From: Parcubacteria group bacterium Gr01-1014_33
Lineage (GTDB): Bacteria; Patescibacteriota; Minisyncoccia; Sungbacterales; HO2-52-23
DNA: 48,272 nucleotides
Direction of reading: 5' to 3'
Assembly (NCBI GenBank): GCA_007376125.1
Contig: VMFQ01000016.1
Location: 1-48,272, forward strand
Part shown: positions 31,552-39,787 of the stretch, in pieces
How positions within the stretch are numbered: the first letter of the stretch is position 1
Layout: every line of letters begins with the position of its first letter
The notes under the pieces: generated by a model
Seen by the model: the letters and a program-made list of their open reading frames with translations, nothing else
Databases searched by the model: none
Told to the model about the DNA's origin: nothing
Program-made: the position numbers and the translations under genes

Positions 31552-32217
31552 TTATTCCTCCTCCTCGTTATGTTCCCATGTGGATGAAGACGCAAACGAA
31601 GAGAGAAGTGTAATTATATCATCAACACAACTCACATTGGGGAGAGCGCAATTTTTACTGCCGTTAGCGGCGATATCGGCAACGTTTTTGACAATGACCG
31701 CAAATGCTTTGCGATGAGACATCTTCATCCGTCGTTCTTCCATGATTTCATCCAGAGATTCGGCAATCATGGAAAGTATATCTTCCGCATCTTCACCATA
31801 TGCTTGCACTAAATGAGCGGCAGTGCGCCATCCGATAAAGTATCCTTGTTCTTTCTGCCAATGTAAAAGATTCATCGTAAGAGAAAGCTGATCAATGATT
31901 TTCTCGCCTTTATTGGAATAAATATTTTCACCCAACTTGCGATCTTCAAGGTCGTGATTTGATAGCCACTGGCCATTTGTAAAGTAGAGATAAATACTTC
32001 TGAAAGTTTCTGGATGGAGAGGCACTCGCCAATCCACGGTAAGGTGAAGAAACATGTCCTGCTCAAGCTTTTGAGGCAATGCCTTTTGTACGCGAGCAAT
32101 AAGGGTATCCGCCTTCCAACCGAGTCGGTTTGACAAGGAACGCACGTTTGGGTCACTCGGAACAAGCGACACTCCTTCATTCTTTGTGATATACCAACGA
32201 TATTTTTCTTCTGCCAT
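31552..32217 (-). CDS. Hypothetical protein (221 aa) with an acidic C-terminal tail, coupled to the J-domain gene
   Basis: Its TAA stop abuts the next ATG (GAATAAATG). GGAGGAGGGG precedes its start. Confidence 0.55.
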   Translation of the reverse strand: MAEEKYRWYITKNEGVSLVPSDPNVRSLSNRLGWKADTLIARVQKALPQKLEQDMFLHLTVDWRVPLHPETFRSIYLYFTNGQWLSNHDLEDRKLGENIYSNKGEKIIDQLSLTMNLLHWQKEQGYFIGWRTAAHLVQAYGEDAEDILSMIAESLDEIMEERRMKMSHRKAFAVIVKNVADIAANGSKNCALPNVSCVDDIITLLSSFASSSTWEHNEEEE

Positions 32218-32264
32218 GGATCCCCTCCTCCAGAATTTATTATAATTTTAAGGAACTTGTGAGC

Positions 32265-32293
32265 ATAGTAACTCTTTATCCTCCCAATGTCAA
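32265..32293 (-). promoter_or_regulatory. Sigma-70-like promoter of the two-gene J-domain operon
   Basis: Minus strand: TTGACA-17 nt-TACTAT, about 45 nt upstream of the ATG at 32217. Confidence 0.45.
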
Positions 32294-32351
32294 GGTTTTG
32301 TGGTAATCTGTACCACTTCTCAATCTGCGTCCACAGGAAGAAAATACACAA

Positions 32352-34274
32352 TCATTTTACCACCCGCCAATCGTTAAAATTCGTAAGAGAATCTTGCGTA
32401 AGTTCGGTGGTGAGTGCAGAAATAGTTTCCTCGCGTTTCTCTCCGGTAAAGCGATCCGTGGCGGAGAAACGGATCGCGCCAGTCAGCCCTACAGCTTTGC
32501 CGACATCTGCTTCCGCGGGTGTGAGCGCCAACTGAAACGCGGCGGCAAGCGCCGGAGTGCGCACGCCCACGCCCGCTTTTATTTCCCCGATGCTCCAGCG
32601 CGCACGACCCGTTGCCGCGTCAAAAAACATCCGTGCCTCCGGCGGCGAAAACGAATTTACCCATTTCACGTTCGGAGGAATGGGAATAATGATTTCCGCA
32701 TCGCCAAGATCGTTGGTAAAATTTCTCACCTCAAGGATAACAGAATAGACTGTCTTTTTCCCGACTTGGGGAGGAAGAGTCCCCTCGCCCGGAATAGGCG
32801 AGGAGCGAAATACCGCGCGCCCTGCAAAAATAATCTTACTCTGGACTTTGAGCCATACATCGTCTTGGGACGTAAGATCCGCGCCTTGAAATTCTTCGGG
32901 CGGAGTTGCCGCTTCAATCCGCGCCCCTATATGCACTGTTACATTTTTATCATCCGCGGTGCGCACCGCGGGACGAGCTCTCGTCCGTATGGAAAATCCA
33001 AGTTCTCCTTCTTTTCCAGGCTCAAGCGAACCAATGTCTTCGGTCGTGCTGGGATTCCAGATAATCATACGCGTTGCCGCGTCAAACGCCCCTCCTTTTT
33101 GTATGGAAAGAGTTTGAAAATCAACAATATCGCCCTCTAACAATACTTTTACAAAAACATTCCTGATTATTGTCTCGGTGTTATTTTTATAACGCACCAC
33201 GACTCGGAGTTCATCCCCGGGTTTGACAATTGCATCGCGCGCTCCTTCGGCGAGAATCTCAACGAGAAGCGGTCTGACCGCGATCCGCACGTCTCCCGCG
33301 GCTTCGGTATAGGGAGTCCACTCTTTTGTCCCGGGATCAAACACGCCAATGCCCGCGCGAAATGATTTGAGTTCACCCTCATCACCAGTGATTTTCCCGC
33401 GCACAACAATTCTGCCGTCTCGCGCCGGATCAAGCGTTCCTACTTCCCAAAGCATGTCTCCCACGCTTGGGACAGGATCACTTGAGACAAAGGTAAATCC
33501 GGGCGGGTACTCTACGCGGACCGAGAGGTGGTCAAACGGAAGGGAAGCGTGAGAGGTGTAGTCAAGCGTCATCTCCATTTCTTGGCCGCGCGATACCGTT
33601 TGCGGCAATCCCCAGGAAAGCGCGACCGGGACTCCTTGGATTGTGATTATTTTTACGGCACGCGCCGAGAACCGCGCGCGGAGCGTTTCCGGTTGATACA
33701 AAAGAATCGCCTCCACTTTTTTTTCTTCCCCTTCGCGGCCGAAAAGCCGGCCGGTAAACTCAACCGTTTTTTCCGCGCCCGGTTCAAGATCCTCAATTTT
33801 TTGTATGATCCTTTGCGGAGCGAGACGCCATCCGTCGTTTTGGGAGACGAGGGATCCCGAGGGAAGCAGAAACGCAAGCTCAACTTGCGTAAGCCGCCCG
33901 CGCGAGGTATTGGTAAATGAAACTGGAACTGTGATTATCTCTCCGGCGCTTACGCTGTCCCTTGCAGGAATCACGATTTGGGCTTCCTGACCTTTGCTTC
34001 CGATATAGAAAAAAACAAACGCCGCGGCGCCGATTATAAAAAAGAGTCCGAGTCCGCCTATCAAAAAAGGGAACAATCGGCGCACGGAGGAAGATTTTTT
34101 TTCAGCCGGCGTCCGCCGCTTCTCTTCTTGCCAATAGGGACCGGAACGATGCCGAAATTTTGGAAACACCACGCGCGACTTCATCCGGCTTTTAAGTTCC
34201 GCTTCCTGTGACTTTTCATAGAGTGCACGCTCAAGATCTTCGAGTTTTGCCATAGTATAGCTGGCGCAAAACAA
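32352..34274 (-). CDS. Large membrane-anchored, beta-rich surface protein (hypothetical)
   Basis: A basic N-terminus and a single TM (LFPFLIGGLGLFFIIGAAAFVFFYI), followed by ~540 aa of repeated beta-sandwich-like segments. The start may be MAKLEDLE at 34253. Confidence 0.6.
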   Translation of the reverse strand: MFCASYTMAKLEDLERALYEKSQEAELKSRMKSRVVFPKFRHRSGPYWQEEKRRTPAEKKSSSVRRLFPFLIGGLGLFFIIGAAAFVFFYIGSKGQEAQIVIPARDSVSAGEIITVPVSFTNTSRGRLTQVELAFLLPSGSLVSQNDGWRLAPQRIIQKIEDLEPGAEKTVEFTGRLFGREGEEKKVEAILLYQPETLRARFSARAVKIITIQGVPVALSWGLPQTVSRGQEMEMTLDYTSHASLPFDHLSVRVEYPPGFTFVSSDPVPSVGDMLWEVGTLDPARDGRIVVRGKITGDEGELKSFRAGIGVFDPGTKEWTPYTEAAGDVRIAVRPLLVEILAEGARDAIVKPGDELRVVVRYKNNTETIIRNVFVKVLLEGDIVDFQTLSIQKGGAFDAATRMIIWNPSTTEDIGSLEPGKEGELGFSIRTRARPAVRTADDKNVTVHIGARIEAATPPEEFQGADLTSQDDVWLKVQSKIIFAGRAVFRSSPIPGEGTLPPQVGKKTVYSVILEVRNFTNDLGDAEIIIPIPPNVKWVNSFSPPEARMFFDAATGRARWSIGEIKAGVGVRTPALAAAFQLALTPAEADVGKAVGLTGAIRFSATDRFTGEKREETISALTTELTQDSLTNFNDWRVVK

Positions 34275-34368
34275 AAACGTAACATTCCACAGGCGAATAT
34301 TGGCTTAAATAAGCCATTTCAACAACTCAAAATGTACGAATTTGTTTTGCGGGTGCTATAGTACCTAA

Positions 34369-34467
34369 TTCACTTAATTTTGAAACCCCGATACTGCGGA
34401 TACAATAGCTTATATAAAGACAACTTTTGATATCAAATACAGATTTTAGGCATCAAAATTAAGTGAA
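34369..34467. repeat. Perfect 15-bp inverted repeat enclosing 69 nt in a 256-bp intergenic region
   Basis: TTCACTTAATTTTGA (34369..34383) and TCAAAATTAAGTGAA (34453..34467). Confidence 0.8.
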
Positions 34468-34530
34468 CGGACTCGTAGTATAAGTATACACCTTTCGGAA
34501 CCCGTTTGAAAAGACGTTTCAGACGGTTTG

Positions 34531-35040
34531 TTAGCTCGTTTCCGCATCACCAAGGCACGCGCGCACACGATTTTCAAAACTGCGGAAAAAAGCGTCCGCG
34601 TCATGCGTAAAGGATAGTGCTTCCCGGCCGCTACTTTCAAAAACATCGCGCCGCCTATCCTCAAATTTGCTTTTATCAAGCAAAATAAAACTCTCTATAA
34701 TCTCCCGCCACAACACGCTATCTCTTTCACCTTCAAGACAAAGATCATCAATCAACCCTGCCATGCCAAGCCCGACCACAAGTTTTTCGCCGTATTCCCA
34801 AAGCCCGGGCCAGAGAGCAATCATGGATGCGTAGGTAAGTCGAAACCCGGCGCTCGCGGGAATAAATCCGATCGTTGCGGTATGAAGCAGTTCAAGATGA
34901 CTTTTAAGTTTCGCGTCTCCTTTTTTCACGCCTTGCGCGCGCATGCGAATTTTCCCAAAGTCCTTGGTATACGCCGTAACAAGCGCATCTGCCTCGCCAA
35001 TGTCAATTTTTTTGAGAATTATTCCTTGGGTGAAATAAAT
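34531..35040 (-). CDS. recO: RecO-like recombination mediator (short, with no canonical start codon)
   Basis: The frame is open upstream of the listed Met. ...TQGIILKKIDIGEADALVTAYTKDFGKIRMRAQGVKKGDAKLKSHLE matches the RecO N-terminal OB-fold pattern. Only ATT/ATA/CTG codons are available as starts. Confidence 0.5.
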   Translation of the reverse strand: MYFTQGIILKKIDIGEADALVTAYTKDFGKIRMRAQGVKKGDAKLKSHLELLHTATIGFIPASAGFRLTYASMIALWPGLWEYGEKLVVGLGMAGLIDDLCLEGERDSVLWREIIESFILLDKSKFEDRRRDVFESSGREALSFTHDADAFFRSFENRVRACLGDAETS

Positions 35041-35055
35041 AAGAAGATGAAGCAG

Positions 35056-35152
35056 GAATTATGAATTAGGAATTAGGAGAATAACATCAGGAAGACAAAT
35101 AGAGCCAACTCTCTTTTATTCATAATTCATGATTCCTTACTCCTGATTCCAA
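35056..35152. repeat. Imperfect inverted repeat built from GAATTAG/ATTCATA heptamer-type units
   Basis: ggaattatgaattaggaattaggag ... attcataattcatgattccttactcctgattcc. It lies between the ileS stop and the recO start. Confidence 0.6.
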
Positions 35153-36178
35153 TTAAGCGATTCCCACTCTTGCGCTCCCCTCTTCAAAAGAAATTTCGCG
35201 ATTTGTTTTTGTGGCGTCTTTCCCAAAATGAATACTCCGGGCGCGCACGTCTTTGAGAAGTTTCTTTTCCCAACGCCCAAGCAATATTTGCAATGCGTTG
35301 TCCGCTTCAATCGCAAGCATGATTATATCTTTGGGAGTAAGCCCAAGCTCCCGCCGCATTTCCTGGATATTTCGTATAAGCTCACGGATGATTCCCTCTT
35401 CTTTAAGTTCGGTGGTGATATTCATATCGAGCCGCATTTCTTTTCCAAACGTAATTTTTTTCACATTTATTTCTTCTTTTATTAGATTCAAGAGTTGGGA
35501 TTTTTTTCGTAATTCCGTATTTGTAATTCGTAATTCGGCGAGAGGTTGTCGCACCCGAATTCCCGCTTCCGCGCGAAGCCGGAGCGCATGAGAGGCGATT
35601 CTCCGAATACGCTCCATATCTTCTTCAAGTTCTTTTTTGATCGCGCCTTTGTTTACGCTTGGCCATGGTTCAAGATGCACGGACACTATTTTTTTGTCCG
35701 ATACTTCTTTGAAAATCATTTCCGCAAGAAACGGCGTTATGGGCGCGGTAAGACGGCTCAATCCCAAAAGCGCCTCTTGGAGCGCACGCAACGCCTGCCG
35801 TCCTTCGAGAGTGTGCGCCTTCATGCGTTCGCGCGATCTTCGCACATACCAAAGCGATAGATCCTGCACAAAATCAAAGAGCGCTTTTGTCGCGCGGTTG
35901 AGTGTATAATTTTCAAACGCATCCGTTACTTCGCGATTCGCGCTATTGAGCCGCGAGAGTATCCATTGATCCAGTGCACCACTGGAGAAGATAAAAGAGT
36001 GAAGCGGATTGAGTCTGCGCCGAATTTTGCGACAACCTCCATTGGATCTGGATAGTTTTTCAAGCGTTTGGACATTTTTGCCCCGTCTTGGGCAAGGATC
36101 GTGCCGTGCGCATTCACATGCCGATATGCGGTTTTCCCGAAAAGCGCCACTGCAAGCACTAAAAGTGAGTAAAACCAC
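35153..36178 (-). CDS. ileS: Isoleucyl-tRNA synthetase, anticodon-binding/C-terminal part (out of frame with the N-terminal part)
   Basis: True homology starts at ALDQWILSRLNSANREVTDAFENY...LSLWYVRRSRER (about 35965). The residues before that are an out-of-frame read of the N-terminal part. Confidence 0.8.
   Translation of the reverse strand: MVLLTFSACSGAFRENRISACECARHDPCPRRGKNVQTLEKLSRSNGGCRKIRRRLNPLHSFIFSSGALDQWILSRLNSANREVTDAFENYTLNRATKALFDFVQDLSLWYVRRSRERMKAHTLEGRQALRALQEALLGLSRLTAPITPFLAEMIFKEVSDKKIVSVHLEPWPSVNKGAIKKELEEDMERIRRIASHALRLRAEAGIRVRQPLAELRITNTELRKKSQLLNLIKEEINVKKITFGKEMRLDMNITTELKEEGIIRELIRNIQEMRRELGLTPKDIIMLAIEADNALQILLGRWEKKLLKDVRARSIHFGKDATKTNREISFEEGSARVGIA
35508..35538. 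repeat. Heptamer tract (CGTAATT-type) inside the ileS C-terminal part
   Basis: cgtaatt ccgtatt tgtaatt cgtaatt. Encodes ELRITNTELR. Confidence 0.7.
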
Positions 36179-38487
36179 CCGCGCGTCTGATCAAGTCCTT
36201 CGTCAATAAAATCTGCCGGGAATCCGATCCCCTTTTTCGGATCAAATATCTTTTTGTTCTCAAACGGATAATGCCATTGGCCGTATGGCATTGAGCCGGA
36301 TTCAAACCAGCAGTCAAACACTTCCGGTATCCGTTCATACACTCCGCCGCACACGCACGGGAATTGTATCGCATCAATAAACGGGCGATGTACGTCAACA
36401 ATGCCAAATCGGTTTCTAGGGATCTGCCGCACCTTCAATGGATATATTTCTCCATATCTCAAGAAATCCCGATACCTTTTCCCTTTACGAAGGTTCTTTG
36501 TTCCTTCATTGTCCAATCCTTGCCCTGCGGCGGCAAGCATCCATAAAGGAGCATCGTGACCCACAAAAAATATTGTTTTCCCTTTATACTGCCGTTCATA
36601 CTCTTCCAAGAGACCAAAGACGCGCGTTGCCACATCGCGTAAATGCTCACCCCCTTGCGGGCGTTTTGTAAACCACTCCCCGAATGAAGAAAAAAAATGT
36701 TCATACTCTTTTCCAGTTTTTCTCTCAAAAATACCGAAATGAATCTCACGCAATCGCTCATCCTCCTGTATCTCATTTACTGATAAGATTTTGGCGGCAA
36801 TCTTTGCGCTTTCCTTCGCCCGATTCACCGGAGAGCAAACGACCAAATCCGGCTTTATGCCAAATCGCAAGAACTTCTTTGCCGCCTGTTCCACATCACG
36901 ACGACCTTCCTCGGTCAGACCATATCCATCATTTCCACTTATTACTACTCCTTTTATATTCGTCTCGGCTCTGCCATGGCGCATAATAAAATATCTGTTT
37001 TGTGGTCTTCCAATTTTTTGCTCCAGTTCCTGAAGTGATCCTATTATTTCCTGTTTCCCGCATTTTTTGCACCGCCACACCGGCAAAGGCGCGCCCCAAA
37101 AACGCGAACGCGAAATCGCCCAATCGCGCGCGCCTTCAAGCCATTTTCCAAATCTCCCTTCTTTTATATGCTCCGGTACCCATGTGATTTTTTTGTTGAT
37201 CTTCACGAGATCATCGCGGATCGCCGCAACATTCACAAACCAAGAGACCGCCGCGTAGTTTAAAAGCGGCGTATCGCATCTCCAGCAATGCGGATAGGAG
37301 TGTGTAATTTCTTCTTTTGAAAAAAGCGTTCCGGATTTTTCAAGATACTCTATGATTTTTTTATCGGTCGCCTGCGGATCGCCTTTTGGTTTTACCGGAA
37401 GTCCTGCAAAGTCCTTTACTTCCGGCTTACATTTTCCGTCCATTGAAATATGCTGGACAAACGGAAGTTTTTTTTCTTTTCCCAAATTCATGTCTTCCTC
37501 GCCAAACGCAGGCGCAACATGCACAATTCCGGTTCCTTCGTCTGTGGTAACAAAATCTGCCGGATAGATCTTCCATCCGCTTTCGCGGTTTTCAAGTTTT
37601 GGATCGTTCGCGTAATAGTCAAAGAGGGGTTTATATTTTTTACCAATAAGTTTTTTTGTATCAATTTTTTCGATCTTCGCTCCCTCGGGGACTACTTTTG
37701 AATTTTTTGCCGCAATATAGGAATTCCCGTCTTCTTCAAATTTCACATACTCAATCCCCGGATGTACCGCAAGCGCAACATTTCCGGGAAGAGTCCAAGG
37801 AGTAGTAGTCCACGCAAGTAAAAATGTATTCGGCTCATCTTCAAGCTCAAATTTTACCATAACCGAAATATCTTTAATATCTTTATACCCTTGCGTTACT
37901 TCAAAATTTGCAAGCGTGGTCTCACAGCGCGGACACACATGCATTGACTTGTGTCCTTCATATATAAGGGTCTTGTCGTAAAGGGTCTTAAAAATCCACC
38001 AGATCGTTTCGGAATACTTCCAGTCCATTGTTTTGTAATCCCGCTCCATATCCACCCATCTGCCGATCCGCGGGATCACTTTTTTCCATTCGTCCGCGTA
38101 GCGCAACACGCCCTCTTCTGCGCGACGGTTAAATTTCCCTATTCCGTATGTTTCAATATCCTTTTTTGTTTTGAGTTTGAGTTCCTGCTCAATAATATTT
38201 TCCAAAGGAAGCCCGTGGCAATCCCATCCCCAACGCCGCTCCACATATTTCCCCTTCATTGTCTGATATCGCGGAATCGCGTCTTTTATAATAGAAGCCA
38301 AAATATGCCCGTAGTGAGGAAGTCCGGTGGCAAACGGCGGCCCGTCGTAAAACACAAAACGCGGAGCGTTTTTTCGTTTTTCCAAACTCTTCTCAAAAAT
38401 TTTGTTCTCCTCCCAAAACTTCAGTATCTCTTCCTCCCGCTCGCTAAAACTCTTTTGTTTTTTCTCTTCGTGTTTTTCTCCTTGCAT
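35926..38487 (-). CDS. ileS: Isoleucyl-tRNA synthetase (type 2), catalytic and editing part with a nested histidine-phosphatase domain
   Basis: GPPFATGLPHYGHIL, the CP1 editing region, WRCKKCG zinc knuckle and KMSKRLKNYPDP. The frame ends 13 codons after LLSSPVV. Confidence 0.88.
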   Translation of the reverse strand: MQGEKHEEKKQKSFSEREEEILKFWEENKIFEKSLEKRKNAPRFVFYDGPPFATGLPHYGHILASIIKDAIPRYQTMKGKYVERRWGWDCHGLPLENIIEQELKLKTKKDIETYGIGKFNRRAEEGVLRYADEWKKVIPRIGRWVDMERDYKTMDWKYSETIWWIFKTLYDKTLIYEGHKSMHVCPRCETTLANFEVTQGYKDIKDISVMVKFELEDEPNTFLLAWTTTPWTLPGNVALAVHPGIEYVKFEEDGNSYIAAKNSKVVPEGAKIEKIDTKKLIGKKYKPLFDYYANDPKLENRESGWKIYPADFVTTDEGTGIVHVAPAFGEEDMNLGKEKKLPFVQHISMDGKCKPEVKDFAGLPVKPKGDPQATDKKIIEYLEKSGTLFSKEEITHSYPHCWRCDTPLLNYAAVSWFVNVAAIRDDLVKINKKITWVPEHIKEGRFGKWLEGARDWAISRSRFWGAPLPVWRCKKCGKQEIIGSLQELEQKIGRPQNRYFIMRHGRAETNIKGVVISGNDGYGLTEEGRRDVEQAAKKFLRFGIKPDLVVCSPVNRAKESAKIAAKILSVNEIQEDERLREIHFGIFERKTGKEYEHFFSSFGEWFTKRPQGGEHLRDVATRVFGLLEEYERQYKGKTIFFVGHDAPLWMLAAAGQGLDNEGTKNLRKGKRYRDFLRYGEIYPLKVRQIPRNRFGIVDVHRPFIDAIQFPCVCGGVYERIPEVFDCWFESGSMPYGQWHYPFENKKIFDPKKGIGFPADFIDEGLDQTRGWFYSLLVLAVALFGKTAYRHVNAHGTILAQDGAKMSKRLKNYPDPMEVVAKFGADSIRFTLLSSPVVHWINGYSRGSIARIAK
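36410..37005 (-). other. Histidine phosphatase (PGM/PhoE-like) domain nested in IleRS
   Basis: All signature elements are present: IMRHGRAETN, CSPVNRAKESA, LREIHFGIFE, GGEHLRDVATR and FFVGHDAPL. It lies between IIGSLQELEQKIG and VDVHRPFIDAIQFPCVCGG. Confidence 0.7.
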
Positions 38488-38522
38488 AGGTACTATTCTA
38501 CCGATTTTCCGCCAAATAGCAA

Positions 38523-38547
38523 GAAAAAATGCCAAGCGAAGCTTGGC
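38523..38547 (-). terminator. Rho-independent terminator upstream of ileS
   Basis: Minus strand: GCCAAGC-TTC-GCTTGGC followed by ATTTTTTC. Confidence 0.6.
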
Positions 38548-38590
38548 GATTGGTTGACAGGACTCGATGCAACTGGATAATCTTTAACCC

Positions 38591-39100
38591 TTACTTAGCA
38601 TCTGGAACGGAATCCTTGCCTAATTTTCTGTCAAGAAGTTCTTGCCCGCGCTTTTCCAACAATTCTCTGAACTCGCGCAGTGCATCATTCAGCTTTTCTA
38701 TACTCTCAATAGCTTCCTTCGCAACCTGTTCTGTTGCTCTCGATAAATCGCCAGAATTGGGAGCAGTATTTTGTCGTTCCGTTTTTCCGCCACTTTCTCC
38801 TTCAGCTCCATGCACCCATCTCGGGAAGGCAGCAAGAAGAGATAGCTCAAGAAGTCCTATTACAATGACACGGCTTACATTTCCGCTAAACCTGCCCAAT
38901 ACTCCATTCCCGATTGACTCACCTTCATAAGAGATAGATTTTACTTGATTTGAAGATAATACGCCGTTGTGTTTTTGGGTAATCTCTTCAATAGCCATTC
39001 TCATAGCATCAGGCGGTATTTCTGGCATAAGGAGATTTCCGGTTTTGTTTTGTTGCTCAAAAGAATCAGGATAGAATGATTCTGTCATAATTATAAGCAA
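38591..39100 (-). CDS. Hypothetical protein (about 165 aa)
   Basis: Long ORF with one central hydrophobic segment. The start is either 39100 or MTESF at 39088. Confidence 0.5.
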   Translation of the reverse strand: MLIIMTESFYPDSFEQQNKTGNLLMPEIPPDAMRMAIEEITQKHNGVLSSNQVKSISYEGESIGNGVLGRFSGNVSRVIVIGLLELSLLAAFPRWVHGAEGESGGKTERQNTAPNSGDLSRATEQVAKEAIESIEKLNDALREFRELLEKRGQELLDRKLGKDSVPDAK

Positions 39101-39106
39101 AAACTC

Positions 39107-39376
39107 TTAATTCTTTAATGAAAAAAGGGACTGGAGGTGATGTATTTCCTCTTCTACAATTTTATCCCACTCTTGGTGGTCTTCATTGGCTAATGCCTTC
39201 TCTTTACGTTCTTGAATGATGCGAAATCTTCCGATCTGATCCGGCAGTAGCTCAAATAATTTCAAAATGCTCTCACATGCTACGGGCGAGAGATCACCCA
39301 ATCGAGAAAGCCAAAACGCTCGATCCTCTTCTGAGACTTCCTTCCTGTTTAAAAGCTTTTGAAGGTTATCGTTCAT
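39107..39376 (-). CDS. Hypothetical protein (89 aa)
   Basis: ORF directly upstream of 38591..39100 on the same strand. No domain recognised. Confidence 0.45.
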   Translation of the reverse strand: MNDNLQKLLNRKEVSEEDRAFWLSRLGDLSPVACESILKLFELLPDQIGRFRIIQERKEKALANEDHQEWDKIVEEEIHHLQSLFSLKN

Positions 39377-39449
39377 ACCTATTTTTTAAGAATCTTTGCC
39401 TGCCTGCTCACATAAAGTATCATCAGTATAATTTCCTTTTCCGTGATAG

Positions 39450-39700
39450 TCAAATAAAGTTATACACATGAGATGGGGATCTCTCCTCAACAATCTCAAG
39501 CGCACGGAGATTTACGTTATGCGTTACCACCTCGCGCGCCTGCGAAAAATTCATCCATCGCACCTCGTGAAATTCTTCAAAATCAACCTTAAATTCTTTC
39601 CCATCCAGAGAGCGAAGAAACCATGTATCGTAGTGTTCTTTACAGTATCGTGAGAACTTTGTTCGTATCCCTAACGAGAACGCGGATGGGAACGGATTCC
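39450..39700 (-). pseudogene. C-terminal half of a Nudix hydrolase gene (no start codon)
   Basis: The open frame reads GNPFPSAFSLGIRTKFSRYCKEHYDTWFLRSLDGKEFKVDFEEFHEVRWMNFSQAREVVTH...-stop. This is the region that follows the Nudix box in RppH/ApaH-like Nudix proteins. Confidence 0.45.
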
Positions 39701-39787
39701 CACCACACCAAAAGCCACAATGAGAACGAGTATCCCCAACAGGAAAAGATTAAGTGGCGTAAAAAGAAGTTGAAACATATCCCAATA

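Noticed and set aside
32352-34274. The large surface protein considered as a diversity-generating retroelement target
   Set aside because: There is no reverse transcriptase and no template/variable repeat pair anywhere in the window, and I could not recognise a C-type-lectin-like C-terminus.
39671-39778. A 35-aa hydrophobic ORF (MFQLLFTPLNLFLLGILVLIVAFGVVGIRSHPRSR) just downstream of argS
   Set aside because: It has no RBS and overlaps the open frame of the Nudix C-terminal remnant. It could be a real small membrane peptide, but it cannot be supported from sequence alone.
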